Positions 46,644 to 60,522 are shown, counted from the first letter of the whole stretch. The stretch is DNA of 63,575 nucleotides, filler included, from Saprolegnia diclina VS20 (GCF_000281045.1; 12 parts of 6 records of this genome joined end to end with filler, not necessarily neighbours in it), one strand, 5' to 3'. Numbers and translations are program-made. Notes: a model not told the origin generated them from the sequence alone.

Positions 46644-47746
46644 GCTGCGTTGAAACCTTGGTAAGGGAGAGAACTGTGGTGCAAGTGACGCTGCCAACAC
46701 CGACTTTGTTTGCGCGGCTTTTGGGACTCGAACATGTGGGTCGGCGGTTGCTTATTCTTCTGGACTCAAGCGTCGCCCCCTCGTGAAACTGGGCAAGTGA
46801 CACGGCATCGCTCCATCGGGCTCGTGCGTGATGTCGCAGCTATTCGTAAGATCTTTTGTGAAAGATGCCGACGAAAAGAAATTTGGGGAAACACAACTGG
46901 ACTTTGAAATTGAGCTTTCAAGGAGGCATTTTGCAATCAACTGATCCGACGCTCGCCAATCCGGTTGAATTCACCACCTCGGAGCTCCTCGCATTGACTT
47001 GGGGGGTAGCAAGCTAGAACCAGCCTCGTACATCGTTAGAATATAGCTGAGAATACCACGTGCCGTTGGGCACACGGAGCATGTGACAACGTCGTCGCCT
47101 GCATCTTGGCTTGGCATTCAATGATCCAAACTTGGCGCCGCGTCGGTTACACTTTGTCCAAGTTGAAGCTTAGCGTCGTCTGATTCGACAGCAAAAACGA
47201 ATCACATGTCTTCTCTGCCCCACGCTCGAGCGCTGTGGCATTGGTCCGCGCCTATCTGCTGCAACGGCCACTTGCCGCCTCCCAACTCCCAACGTTCGCA
47301 CAACACAAGAACGACGCCGAGAACACACGCTCCAGCGCCCCTGCCCAAAAAAAAGGCGGAAGCCAAGGTAATGCGCGCGGGCGAAGCGACTGCACGCGCC
47401 ACCCAGAGGGCCAACGAGACGCCCGAAGAGAAGGCCGCGCGACTCGCCAAGCGCAAGAATGCGGACGTTGGCGCCGAAGAATGCGCACCTTGAGGTCGTG
47501 TGTGTGTCGTCTTGTCGCTGTCATAGCGCCTGCTCTCGTTGGCCGGTTGCTCAATGGTGGATGCGTCCGGCGGAGTCTATAGCAGTTACGCTTCATGGCA
47601 ACTTGTACGCCACTGCCGACAGAATGCGATGCCAAACTTACACGACNNNNNNNNNNNNNNNNNNNNNNNNNNNNNNNNNNNNNNNNNNNNTTAATTAATT
47701 AANNNNNNNNNNNNNNNNNNNNNNNNNNNNNNNNNNNNNNNNNNNN

Positions 47747-48477
47747 AAGAGATCTGGGTAGAAGAGCCACGGAAAGAGCTGGAGGGCGAGTGCCAAGTTG
47801 TCGAGCGTCGCGTTGGCGGTGGCCATCTGCTTGTCGATGTGATCAAAGTCGGTGGCGCGTGGGCCAAAGCGCTGGAGCATCTCGACGCCGCTCGAGTTTG
47901 TGTGTTCCAAAATGCTGGACAAAAATGTCGTCGAAATGTTCCGGTTGCGCAACACGGTGCCGTCTACTAGCAGCACAGTAGAAAGCCGCCGTCAATAGCC
48001 TTCTCGTACAACAAAGCGAAGCCATGTACCTTGCACGAGGTTGTTGCCCTGACGGAGCTCTGGTACGGTCTCCCGCTTCTCGAGCAGAAGCTCGACGATC
48101 TCGGGGCGACAGCTCTGCAACGCCAAAATAATGGCGTCTTCCGAGGCAAGGTCTGGACGACATTCAAGCATGCGCTCGGTCAGCAAAGCAAGGTTTTCGT
48201 AGATGGCCACATGCAGAGGCAAGCGGTCGTCGTATCCATTGCCGCCGAGACAATACTCTTCGGGTATGAGCGTCAAGCGCCCATCCCAAACGGTGTGTGG
48301 CGCGAACGCCTCGGGGAAGGCCACGTCGCACTCGTAGAAAAGACGGCTGAACTCGACGAGCTCGTCGCAGGCGCGGAAGGCTTGGCGCACGTCTGCATAG
48401 AGACCACACTGGAACGCAAAGACCAGCGATGCAATCGCGGGCTGGTCGAGGACGGCGCGGCGGAAGGTCTCTGCCAT
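47747..48477 (-). CDS. Ankyrin-repeat family protein (Saprolegniaceae-expanded type), 3' truncated
   Basis: MAETFRRAVLDQPAIASLVFAFQCGLY...RLPLHVAIYEN...DLASEDAIILAL; a GT..AG intron near 48027-47968 would remove the in-frame stop. Confidence 0.7.
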
Positions 48478-49385
48478 CGTACAACCCGTTGCCAATAAAA
48501 AGTTTCGAGTCCAATATCCATCCACAAGTGCAAAAATATATCCGAAACATATGCAACGACTCGACGACCGGTGAGCTCGCTACAGCTGACAGAGTTAGAT
48601 GGTAGGGAGGCACGAATGACGTGCTCGAATTACACCACTGGAAAACCGAATCACACATTGCAACCTACTCCTATAGGATGTATCGAGTGGACTAGGATCG
48701 TCGGCAGATCCTGCATGTCGGTCGCTTGTGGCTGGGATTCTCTTGAGAGACGTGCAGGATCGTGCGAGATGCCATCTGTTTTATGACGTTGCAGGTACCG
48801 ATAGCGTCAACGAGACCACGATTTCATTGAACACCGACACTCTTATCATCGCACATCATCGCATGGGCACCGTGTCGTAGGACTTGGCGCAAAACTCCTT
48901 GTCCAGAGACCTCGCACTCGAGCGGTCCAACGTCGCCGTGGCCTCGGACGCTCGAGCGACTGCATAGCCCATTGCTACTAAAACACACTCAACGAGCAAT
49001 ACGTCACGTGACCCAAATCGTTTCTTCTTTAGACCAGAAGGCCCACGTCAACGGAGCTCTCTTGTGCCACTGTCGTGACCTCGGCTTGAAGTTGGCGACC
49101 TTCGTGCCGAAGTCGGCCGAAGCCGATCCCCGGCCGAGCTGGTCCGCCACCACATCGAGCGCCGCCACAAGCCGATGGGGTTGCATCACTGCCACCAATA
49201 TGCGTCCATCGACGCTATCTCCCTTCTAGATTTGCCATCGGCCGACGCATCCTCCGGCAACAAGGAATGCCGCCGAAGGTTGTCTCGTGCGGCTATCTGT
49301 CGTAACTCACAAAAACAGCTTGGCCATAGTGATTCCGCCGCAACCTCGGAGCAAACACCGTTCATCTCACACTCCAACTTGCACC

Positions 49386-50305
49386 ATGTCCATGCAGCAC
49401 GGCGTCCTCTGCGCGCTCACAGCCTTCACGATGTGGGGGTTCTTTCCCATCTACTGGAAGCAGCTCCCGGACGTGCCCGACATGCAAGTCGCCGTGCACC
49501 GCGTGTTGTGGTCCGGCCTCATCCTCCTCGCCAGCGTGCTTCTGACGTGCCAATGGCGCGCGTACGCGGCCGTCGCCTTTACAAAGCGCAACATCGTGAT
49601 TTACGGCATTGCGATCGTCCTCCTCACGGGCAACTTCTTCATCTACGTCTTTGCGACCAACTCGAACCGCATCATCGAACTCAGCCTCGGGTACTTTATC
49701 AACCCGATGGTCAACGCGGTTCTCGGTCGCGTCTTCCTCAAGGAATCGCTCTCCAAGTGGCAGTGGATCGCGCTCGGCATCGCGCTCGTCGGCGTCTTGA
49801 TCCCGACAATCGCGTACGGCAAGTTCCCGTACCTCGCCATCACGCTCGCGACGACGTCGGGCTTGTACAACTTGGCCAAGAAGATGGCGCCGCTCGACTC
49901 GTTCCATGGCTTGACGCTCGAGACTAGCTTGATGCTCGTGCCGGCAGCCATCTACTTGGTTTGCGTCGACGCGCAGGGCAGCGGGGCGTTTGGCCACGTC
50001 GACACCAAAACCAATCTCCTCCTCGTGGGCACGGGCATGATTACGATCTTGCCGTTGATCCTCTTTGCCAAGGCGGCGCCGGCCATCCCGATGACACTCA
50101 TGGGCATTTTGCAGTACGTTTGCCCGACGATCCAGTTTTTCATTGGCATTTTCCTCTACGACGAGCCGTTCACGACGACGAAGCTCGTTGGCTTTATCGT
50201 GATTTGGATCGCGCTCGTGGTCTTTACGACCGACAGCGTCTTGACGTACAGGCGCAGTTTGCTTGTTACCGTCACGGACGACGACGAGTGCGCGTCACCA
50301 ACGTC
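49386..50305 (+). CDS. rarD: RarD-like EamA/DMT transporter (3' end in gap)
   Basis: WGFFPIYWKQL, HRVLWS, SLGYFINPMVNAVLG..FLKESL, GLTLET, GILQYVCPTIQF, YDEPF, GFIVIWIAL match the bacterial RarD pattern; intronless. Confidence 0.88.
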
Positions 50306-50405
50306 NNNNNNNNNNNNNNNNNNNNNNNNNNNNNNNNNNNNNNNNNNNNNNNNNNNNNNNNNNNNNNNNNNNNNNNNNNNNNNNNNNNNNNNNNNNNNNN
50401 NNNNN

Positions 50406-50537
50406 GGTCGGAAATGGATACCCGAGCGAGAGGAGGTACTCAGCCGTGCGCAGATGCCCACCCTCAAGTGCATCTCTAACGACGTCATCGCGACTGCAGC
50501 CTTCGCGTCGGTGGGTCAAGAGTATGGAAACATTCAT
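50406..50537 (-). pseudogene. Ankyrin-repeat fragment
   Basis: LLTHRREGCS...DALEGGHLRTAEYLLSLGYP; no clear upstream coding continuation. Confidence 0.5.
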
Positions 50538-52310
50538 TTTGGCGATGGGCGGTTTAATTGGGCTGTTGGACGATTTATGGCTTTGCTCTATTGAGAGTTA
50601 ATATCCTATGAAATCGAATACGGGTCCTGCCTATCAATTACCGAGAGGTCCATGATTGAATTGTATTGCGGGTTGGCGCTCCAGGGCGCAGGAATGGCGC
50701 TTGCTTGGCTGTCGACAGCCACTCACTTCGACGTTTCGCCGCGTCGTGCTGCTACCCGCCCCGCCGCACCTCACCGGGTATCCTCCGCCCCGCGCACCCG
50801 AAGCTCCGACGCCACGCCGTGCGACGCAGGACGCAAGGCCATGGCCTCTCGCTGCGATCGCCGCAACTGTCGCTGCCGGCGCGACCTAGGCTCAAGAGTG
50901 CGTCCGCCACGCTTGACCACCTTCCTGCCAGTGCAGCCAAGCTCCTAGCGCTTGTGTACGCTACCGAGGACGTACGACCGTCCGGTCTGTCCGTGCCATC
51001 AATGACGCTGCGCCACGTGCATCCAAGGAAGGACGCGCCGCCGCGCGACGCTGCCAAGATGTCACGCGCTATCGCGTCCGTAGACACCACCGGAGCACGC
51101 GACTACCGACTACGGAGGCCAGCGCAGCCTGAGCGGGGTGCACGCGACAGCGACTGCCGTCGAAACGTCCTTGGACACGCTGATGGCTGTTGGTCCCATC
51201 ACGTCATGGCCAAGGCGAACCCTTTGCCGAGCCTGCGTAGGTGCCTCTGAAGCGCAAGCGCATAGCGTGCAATTAAGGCGAGACCCTTAATCAACAAGTC
51301 GTGAATTTGTGCGTTATCGCAGCCGCAGCTTGAAGCACTAGTGGTCGATTTCGAGAACGTGCCAACCGCGAAACGCGATCGTAGGGTCTTCGTGCGAGCG
51401 CTGGACTGCGCGAACGACCCAGAGCACTGTGCCGGTGAGGCCGCGCGCGGTATGACCTGTTGACGTGCGCCTACAGGGCTCGCGAGGTAGCCATATACAC
51501 CAGAGCGCAGAAGGCTCCAATAGGGAGAGCCTTCGGTGCTGCTTCTACCACTGTGCTGCTCGTACTCGTTCCAAAAGCGCGCCAAGAGGATGAAAAGATG
51601 ACAGTACTTGACACTACATACCAGTAACAACACACACGACGGCGCCATGGTACGGCTGCCGCTGCCCTTCTTGACGCAGCGTCACTCTGGACACGGCGCC
51701 GTGGAAGGCACCGTGGCTCGCGTGATCCTCAACCACACAATTACCTTTTGACTGCCAGGTGCAAGATGCTGTCATCCGGCAGGGGGCTCGACTCCAACAG
51801 CATGTCCGGATGAGTCCAACAGCCTGCCGGATATCCCGTCCAGCAGCCTCCCAGCATCTTGTCCAATCAGATGCGTTGCCGTTTCCTTAATGCTGCCTTC
51901 TGATTGGTCAGCTCTGTCTTCTGATTGGTTGAGCCATAAGACTCCCTGCCAATGAAACACGACAGTCAGGTGCCACCTAAGCGTCGTCATCACGGCCATG
52001 ACCCAGTCGCCTTGCACGATTTGGAAAAAAAATGTAATAAAATGAATTCCACGATCTTTTCCCTCTCTTTCTTTATACGCCTGTGCCATATAACTAGACA
52101 TTCCCAATCTAATGGCATTTTGCCAGAGAAACGTGACAACGTCCAAATGCCCACCGGACGCGGCCTTGTCGACAGCATCGACAGTGCAACCAAACGTGCC
52201 AAGAGAATGNNNNNNNNNNNNNNNNNNNNNNNNNNNNNNNNNNNNNNNNNNNNTTAATTAATTAANNNNNNNNNNNNNNNNNNNNNNNNNNNNNNNNNNN
52301 NNNNNNNNNG

Positions 52311-53473
52311 TCGTTTCCGCACACAGTGTACCAGCTGCACCCGCTTCAGTACCTCCTCGGCACCAATCCGTTCGTACCAAAGGGTGAATCGATCGAGCGC
52401 ATCCGCAACATCATTGGCGTCTGCGTCGTCTGCAAGCGCGAGCTGCCATCGTACTTGACGACCATCATGTACTTTCAAGACCAGCAAATTCAATGCGCGC
52501 ACTGCAGAAACGACCTAGAACCGTGGTCCAACTACAAGACGCGGTACGAAGGTTCCACCGCGTTCGATATTCCGCTGCGCGACGTCTTGAGCCAGTGCCC
52601 GCACCGGTCGTGCCGGCGTTCTCTGACCAAGGACGAGATGTTCAAACTCCACCTTCTCGACGAGCCAATCGCATGCGGCGGCTGCAACAAGACGCTGCGC
52701 TACGAGACGTTTGAGATCGCCACCTTCATCCACGAATACCCGACGATGACGTACCGGTCCGAGGTGTGCGAAGGCGGCAAGGTCGAGAAGCGCCTTCACA
52801 TGCCCAAGGAGATCCCGTCCGATGGCCGCTGGGAGAGCTACACGAACGAGCTGCGACGAACAATCGCGCAGTTTGCCAAGACGCAGCACACCGAGGGCGT
52901 CTACCGCTTCCGCGAGGTCGTCTATGCCCATCGCGTTGGCATCTCGTCGCAGCCGCCCGGTGCGTTCTCGATGGACCTGGTCCGTGGCATGTACCGCCAG
53001 CTCAGCTTTGTGATCAAAGTCTGCGCCAACTTTGACTACTGGATGAACCCGACGATTCTCCGCGCGTCGATCCGCCGCTACGAGCAGTTTGTGCAGGTGA
53101 TCAGCAAAGGCGCGATCAAGAAAGGCCTTGGTATCGTGCCCACCGTCGACATTGACCTCGCTTGGCACACGCACCAGACCCACCCACTGGCTTACCAAAA
53201 GTACACGACCAAGGTCGCCAAGCGCGTGCTCGACCACGACGACAGCGTCGGCGGCAGCGATCTGCACGCGGGCTACCTCCACACGTGCGTCGCGTGGTCC
53301 AAGCTCTACAAGCAGCCGTACTCGTCGTACGTGCCGCCCAGTACGACGCTCGATGCGATGGTCAAGGCTGGCGCCAAGGTGGCCCAAGGCGCGTCTCGCT
53401 TTGTGGGTGTCGATGATCTGGAAGAGGGCGACGACGGCCTTCTCTCGGTGCTGGGCACGCCGGTGTTCGAGTC
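52311..53473 (+). CDS. GRDP-like/DUF1399 protein, partial at both ends
   Basis: DLVRGMYRQLSFVIKV, IRRYEQF, VPTVDIDLAWHTHQTHP..Y, DHDD, W..LY.QPY; CxxC pairs in the N-terminal part. Confidence 0.85.
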
Positions 53474-53573
53474 NNNNNNNNNNNNNNNNNNNNNNNNNNN
53501 NNNNNNNNNNNNNNNNNTTAATTAATTAANNNNNNNNNNNNNNNNNNNNNNNNNNNNNNNNNNNNNNNNNNNN

Positions 53574-54585
53574 GCTCGGCGACGTTGCACATGCCCTTGC
53601 CGCCGACGCCGCGCTGCAGAGAAATGTACCCGCCGTTGCCCCAGCTGGCGCCCCACGAGTTCTTGATCTTGTAGCTGCCAGCGTCGTAGCCGACCGCGAG
53701 CACGGCGTGGTCCGACTGCGCACCGGGGCACGACTTGACGACGCCGTTCTTGTAGTTCTTCCAGACGTTGTTGCCGGCCTCGACGATGACGACAACAGGC
53801 TGCTTGTCGAGCGCCGACGTGAGCGAAGCCTCGCCTTGGATGCTCACGGACGCGCCGACGCGGAGCGGCGTCTTCTTGCACGACGACTGGCACGCGCCGT
53901 TCTGGCCACTCGACCCCGACGTGTACGGGTACGCGGCGGCGGTGCAGAGACCGTTCTTGGAGATGTAGTCGAGCGCCTTCCAAGGCCAGCCGCCCTGGCA
54001 GCCGTAGCCGCTGGAGCTGTCGCAGCTCACGAGCTGCTGCGGCGAGAGGTCGAGGCGCGCACCCGTGACGAGGCAGTGACCAAACTCGGCAGCAGCAACG
54101 GCCGCAAAGGCCCAGCACGACCCGCACTGGCCTTGGTTGCGCAGCGGCGCGCTGCACGCGTGCGTCGTCCAGTCCTTGCTCGTGGCCTTGACGTCGAGCA
54201 CATCCGACGAGACAAGGTCGTCGTCACTGGCCGCGCGCAGCTGGCGCGGACCGTCGCCAAACGACCCCTTGACAAAGGCGGCAAACTCGGCTTCATTCAG
54301 CAGCACAAACGGGTTCTCGAGCGAAAAGTGCGCGTCCGGGTGCTCAATGTTGAGGCGCTCGACCTCCCGCTTGGTGTCGAGGAACCGGTCGAGGAGCAGG
54401 TTCTCGGCCTCGGGCACGGACCGGCCGATCGTCTCGGGCACAAAGCCGCGCTCAAAGGCTTCGGCGCCGGCGTCGCTGAGCTTCCACGCGTTGAACTCGC
54501 GCAGGAGCGACGCGCGGTCGAGCGACGACGAGGCCATCGCGCTCGTGGCGAGAAGGAGGGCGGACGTGGCAACCGTTGTCTTCAT
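53574..54585 (-). CDS. Papain-family (C1A) cysteine protease, nearly complete
   Basis: Signal peptide, prodomain, NQGQCGSCWAF (Cys), SDHAVLAVGY (His), IKNSWG (Asn). Confidence 0.95.
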
Positions 54586-57500
54586 TGCAGTCGTTGGTGG
54601 TGGTGGGTGCTTGCTCTCGAGCAAATTGGAATATGAAGAACCGGACCGCGTTGACGCGTGCTCGTATCAGACGCACCGCCGTTGTGGGTACTAAACCTTG
54701 TCATATCATAGCTCGGTGTTGGGAAGGGTATGCTGTGCTGGGATGCTAGGCGGCCCAATACGGCGTATCAGAGAGCACGGAGCAAACTCAGTTGCTGTAG
54801 CCCGTCGCGCCTCAGATCCTGACCGCATGACTTGATTCCAAACGTATCCAGTTGACGCTCGACGTATCAGACGTACACAGAGGCCAATGCCTCGACGTGC
54901 ATACAGTAGGCAGACCAAGCGTGTACTAGAACACTCGTTTCAACTAGANNNNNNNNNNNNNNNNNNNNNNNNNNNNNNNNNNNNNNNNNNNNTTAATTAA
55001 TTAANNNNNNNNNNNNNNNNNNNNNNNNNNNNNNNNNNNNNNNNNNNNAACGCGTTGAGCAGCGTCGCATCCATCGAGCACCTGCACCAGCACCTTGGTA
55101 TAAGTGCGTACATGCGCGCAAGAGGCTTGCGCAGCTGTCGCATCCGTATTGGGTCGTTGCTGCTGGCGTCGATGCAGCGTTGGTCGCAGCGGATGAAATG
55201 CCATTGCTTTGATGTTCGGCGACTACGTGCTGTGAGGTATATAGTCGACGCGCCGAAACAAACGCTGACAGCGACAACCTCGAGCGTTTGTGCGAGGAGT
55301 GCGGACGATGGCCTCGACCGTATCATGCTCGTGGTGTCGTTTCAAGGCATCCGGATAATGGTACCGGATATAAATAGCCAGCCAATCGGCATTTGCCAAC
55401 GAGCCACGCCGCCGCCGGCCCAGCAGTGGGCGCTGGCCCGCAGCGAACCTCGCGCTCGGCGGCGCGTCAGATGCGATATGCGCTCAAGCTACCAGCGATT
55501 GCATCTTCTCTCGGCGGCCACACACAGTGGCCGCGCGCCCATGGTCCACGTCATGCTACACCGGACCTCGTTCTTCAAGGCGTCGGCCCAGCGCTGGCTC
55601 GCGTTTAGCACACGGTACCTCATATCTCTGACGCTACTAGCATCTCATAGAATGACTAGGTTCCGTGCTTGCCCGAGACACCCGAGGTCGAAATTTTTGC
55701 GCTCTTTCCGCACTTCTCGTTGTCTCGTGTCCACCGGCCCGTGCACGGTGCGCGCAAGGACGCCTTTGTGAGCTACGTAGTGGACGCGCCTCAAGGCCTG
55801 GTTCATGTCGACCTCGCGGCGCTGCGAAGGCGCCCAAGGACAATGAGATGGTGCCGCCGGTGCCTCTTTCACACTGAGCCGGGTCTCACGGATGCGAGCC
55901 AAGCTCTACGCCGCTTCGCGCCTCGAACGCGTGGGCGCGCAGTGTGCTCTTTCGTTGCTCTCGTGTTTCGGCAACGGCAAAGCTCTCGTCTTGAGCAACC
56001 TCATCTAGTCGCGCGTCGCGGCGATTGCCAACGTCTCGGACGACGAACCTCGACATTTTCTGCACGCCAACCGTCGCGCTATACAAAGGCCAAGAAGAAG
56101 GCCGACGCCGTGCCTCGTCACCGCAGTCACGGCGCCAGACCGCCCACTGCGAACCTCTCACCCCGGCAAGTCGCGCCATGGCCCCATCGTTGCGCAGAAA
56201 AGCGTCGTCCATATACCCAAGACTCAATTCTCGCATGTGCATCATTCTGCAAGCGCTCTCGGGCAAGAACACCGAGAAGCAGACGATCGTCAGCTGCCTC
56301 GTCTCGACGCTTCAGGCAGGTACAGGCGCGGCGGCTACGGGCTGCCTCGGTGCGCTGATGGTCGACGGTATCGACCCTCATCTCGTCCTGCGCCAGCGAC
56401 GACCGACACACTTGACGTTCTTCAGCCCAAGGGTCCGCTCTATGACTACTAGATGTACGGTGTGTATGTATCTGTGAATGTAACCCCGTGCAATTTATGC
56501 AGCTATCTCGACCCAAGTGTTGTGTGTTGGACCAGATGCAGCCTCAAACTTGCGATCAAAGCGCCATTTGCTGCCGAATGGAGGGTGGCTCGGTCCTTAT
56601 AAAGTACTAGAAGCTGCGCCTGATAGGACACTTGACTGCGCCGACGATGACGCTTGATGCGCTGGCCAGCGCCTAGACGCGCAAATTGGCAATCGAAAGA
56701 CGCCTCACGTGGCCGCCCAGCACCAAAGCTGCTAGCATCGACACCACCATAGCCGCTTCCTAGCTTTGTGTCTCCAATTGCGCAGTGTCGTGTGCCCTTC
56801 ACCACCGTCCTTCTCGATGCTCGACACGAGCTCGTAGGCGGGAACTCGATAATGTTCACCGGCCTTACCAAGACTCACGCACCTCGTGGTCGACGACGCC
56901 GGGTCTGCGACTGCGCACCAGCCCCGTAGCTCGTAGCGCACTCGACTTGCTTCGTCGGAGCTGCTCTTGGTGTCCACAGGCCGCGCCGCGACACGAACAT
57001 CTTGGACGATGGCTGGACGCTCGCCATCTCCAGCGCCAAGCTCNNNNNNNNNNNNNNNNNNNNNNNNNNNNNNNNNNNNNNNNNNNNNNNNNNNNNNNNN
57101 NNNNNNNNNNNNNNNNNNNNNNNNNNNNNNNNNNNNNNNNNNNNNNNNNNNNNNNNNNNNNNNNNNNNNNNNNNNNNNNNNNNNNNNNNNNNNNNNNNNN
57201 NNNNNNNNNNNNNNNNNNNNNNNNNNNNNNNNNNNNNNNNNNNNNNNNNNNNNNNNNNNNNNNNNNNNNNNNNNNNNNNNNNNNNNNNNNNNNNNNNNNN
57301 NNNNNNNNNNNNNNNNNNNNNNNNNNNNNNNNNNNNNNNNNNNNNNNNNNNNNNNNNNNNNNNNNNNNNNNNNNNNNNNNNNNNNNNNNNNNNNNNNNNN
57401 NNNNNNNNNNNNNNNNNNNNNNNNNNNNNNNNNNNNNNNNNNNNNNNNNNNNNNNNNNNNNNNNNNNNNNNNNNNNNNNNNNNNNNNNNNNNNNNNNNNN

Positions 57501-58174
57501 NNNNNNNNNNNNNNNNNNNNNNNNNNNNNNNNNNNNNNNNNNNNNNNNNNNNNNNNNNNNNNNNNNNNNNNNNNNNNNNNNNNNNNNNNNNNNNNNNNNN
57601 NNNNNNNNNNNNNNNNNNNNNNNNNNNNNNNNNNNNNNNNNNNNNNNNNNNNNNNNNNNNNNNNNNNNNNNNNNNNNNNNNNNNNNNNNNNNNNNNNNNN
57701 NNNNNNNNNNNNNNNNNNNNNNNNNNNNNNNNNNNNNNNNNNNNNNNNNNNNNNNNNNNNNNNNNNNNNNNNNNNNNNNNNNNNNNNNNNNNNNNNNNNN
57801 NNNNNNNNNNNNNNNNNNNNNNNNNNNNNNNNNNNNNNNNNNNNNNNNNNNNNNNNNNNNNNNNNNNNNNNNNNNNNNNNNNNNCACCCAAGGAAGATAC
57901 GAATATCTCATTGACCACATTAATGCTTTTCTTCGATCTTCAACCCTCTCACCAAGGTAGAATTCACGCAATCATATCGCAATCTCCTTGGACGCATCAA
58001 CGTCATCGCATGCATATTAGCTCGACTGAGCGGTACCCTGCTTGATAGATAGGGTTACCGGGTAGATTTTGGGCTATTGATCGCGAATCTCGGGCAATTC
58101 GTATCGAGAGCGTGCATTGGTGCTCGAAGCGCTGCAAACACCAACATACAAAGTCTTGAACTCGATTGTCACTT

Positions 58175-58600
58175 CTACAGCCTATCGCCATCACTGAATG
58201 CTCCGAACCGCTCCATCCGCTGCCAAACGTGGGCAATTCGCCAAGTACGCTCGCAAAACGCTCGTGCCGGTGGTACCTGCAGCATGACTTTTGCGAGCTT
58301 ACACGTAAAGTGGCCCCTCGTCCGCTGCGTCGACTTGAGCTGCTCAAAGATTTCCAGCTCACCCTGCACGAGACCTGAAAAAGCAAGGACGCAAACCATA
58401 TGATGTATTTCGTTAAAGAGAGCGTCGCCAAGCTTCTTCATGAAGGCTGCGGTTGTGTCTTCCATCGTATCCTTTCTTGAAAATGGCATGTGCCATGTAC
58501 AAGCTCGCACATAGTGCAATTCGGCATCACTTTGGATACGAGTTTCGAGCGCTGTAGGCCGCGCACGACGGTGCAAGGTGATCCGTGCTATACAAAGCAA
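58175..58600 (-). mobile_element. Degenerate hAT-like transposase C-terminal (dimerisation) remnant
   Basis: KLAKVMLQVPPARAFCERTW resembles the LA...L.IP.TSA..ER.FS motif; no TIRs found. Confidence 0.4.
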
Positions 58601-59011
58601 AATCTATCACGCTACGACGTAGAAGCCAACTTGTATTTTGACCGACGTTGGCCATCAAATCGCAATCGCGAACGCACCGCGACAGCTTGCGTGCTATTAG
58701 CCACATTATCCGGATATCCGGTGCAGCATCACCAGGCCGCGCGGTCGACCGCTTTGCGTTCGAAAACGAAATGACCAACCTTGGCACAGTAGTAGAGGAC
58801 ACTATGGAGGGCACGGAAAGCGAGGTCGCATCGACGTACGAGGCGTACAGCGGTCGCGAGACGCGATCCAAGATGCGCGCCAAACTAAGATCGCTGTGCC
58901 ATCTTAGCGGCNNNNNNNNNNNNNNNNNNNNNNNNNNNNNNNNNNNNNNNNNNNNTTAATTAATTAANNNNNNNNNNNNNNNNNNNNNNNNNNNNNNNNN
59001 NNNNNNNNNNN

Positions 59012-59220
59012 ATCCGGATAGCAGTAGATATCCGTAGTTTGCATAGGAGCTCCAATGCAAACTCCAGATATAGTAGTACATATTCGGAGTGTGCATTGGA
59101 GCTCAAATGCAGGAATCTCGATAGTAGTATTTATTTGTATCCTGCATAAGAGCTCCAATGCAGGAATCCGGATAGTAGAATGTATTTGTATCTTGCATAA
59201 GAGCTTCAGTGCAGGCTTTT
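59012..59220. repeat. About 51-bp tandem repeat with palindromic core in an AT-rich contig
   Basis: GAGCT cores at 59047, 59099, 59150 and 59201; the consensus core TGCATTGGAGCTCCAATGCA is self-complementary. Confidence 0.8.
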
Positions 59221-60522
59221 GGCAATGTTGAATTTCAACGAATTGAACTGCATGTGTATTTATGTCTTCTGTGTTCCTCAACTGTGTAAGTATTTAAACT
59301 GCTCCTGTATCCCAATGTGTGTACAATATAAACGTACGCATGTCTTTCTCTTGATTACTATTGCAAATTGACATAAGGAATTTTTTCACGAAGTCAGTAT
59401 TAAAACCGGAGACATTTTTTAGCTGTGTATNNNNNNNNNNNNNNNNNNNNNNNNNNNNNNNNNNNNNNNNNNNNNNNNNNNNNNNNNNNNNNNNNNNNNN
59501 NNNNNNNNNNNNNNNNNNNNNNNNNNNNNNNNNNNNNNNNNNNNNNNNNNNNNNNNNNNNNNNNNNNNNNNNNNNNNNNNNNNNNNNNNNNNNNNNNNNN
59601 NNNNNNNNNNNNNNNNNNNNNNNNNNNNNNNNNNNNNNNNNNNNNNNNNNNNNNNNNNNNNNNNNNNNNNNNNNNNNNNNNNNNNNNNNNNNNNNNNNNN
59701 NNNNNNNNNNNNNNNNNNNNNNNNNNNNNNTTGGCACGTATCCATATAGTAATTTATTATTGCAAATTATATGTACAATTTTAATATAAAAATTTCTGAT
59801 AATATTTTCAAATAATACTTTCGGATGATACTTTGGGATAACACTATCGGATATATGCATTTTTCCATAATATTTTTCACGATATAGTTGCAAGATGTAT
59901 TTGCAAACTGCATTTGAGCTCCAAAACAGACGTCAAGAAAAGTAAAGGTACCTTAGAGGCGTGTTGATGTAATTGGTTATTGTCTAGTAGCGTACATTCC
60001 TTACTGAAGAGACTAATGTAAATGGAGTCGATATTACAAATGTTTGCGTTTTTAAAAAAATATTTACGCTACATTTGCATGAAGAGTTACTTAGCTAATG
60101 AACTATCGAACTTGTACAAGGTATCTCTGCACCGGAGCTGTAGTGCCTTACGTGGATCTTTTAAAGAGAGATGGGACGTGGTAGTAATAATGAAATATGC
60201 CATGATGCTTTTAATATATGTTGTTAAGACGATAAGTAGTATATATGAAGGTGTTCCGCCTAATCTCCATTCTGAGCGAAAGACTTGGCGTACGCAGCGC
60301 AACGCGTGAATGCGTAGTGCGATGATGTAATAAAAGAAGGAGAATTTGAATAAAGTGTTTGAAAATGAAGTTTGGAATTTGAAAAAGTAGTATTTTTGTG
60401 AAGGAAGAGGAGTTGTTTGANNNNNNNNNNNNNNNNNNNNNNNNNNNNNNNNNNNNNNNNNNNNTTAATTAATTAANNNNNNNNNNNNNNNNNNNNNNNN
60501 NNNNNNNNNNNNNNNNNNNNCA

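Noticed and set aside
47992..47994. Stop-codon readthrough or selenocysteine TGA in the ankyrin gene
   Set aside because: The TGA falls within a plausible GT...TAG intron of about 60 nt.
59012..59220. CRISPR array with palindromic repeats
   Set aside because: The intervening sequences are homologous to each other, so it is a tandem repeat; no cas genes.
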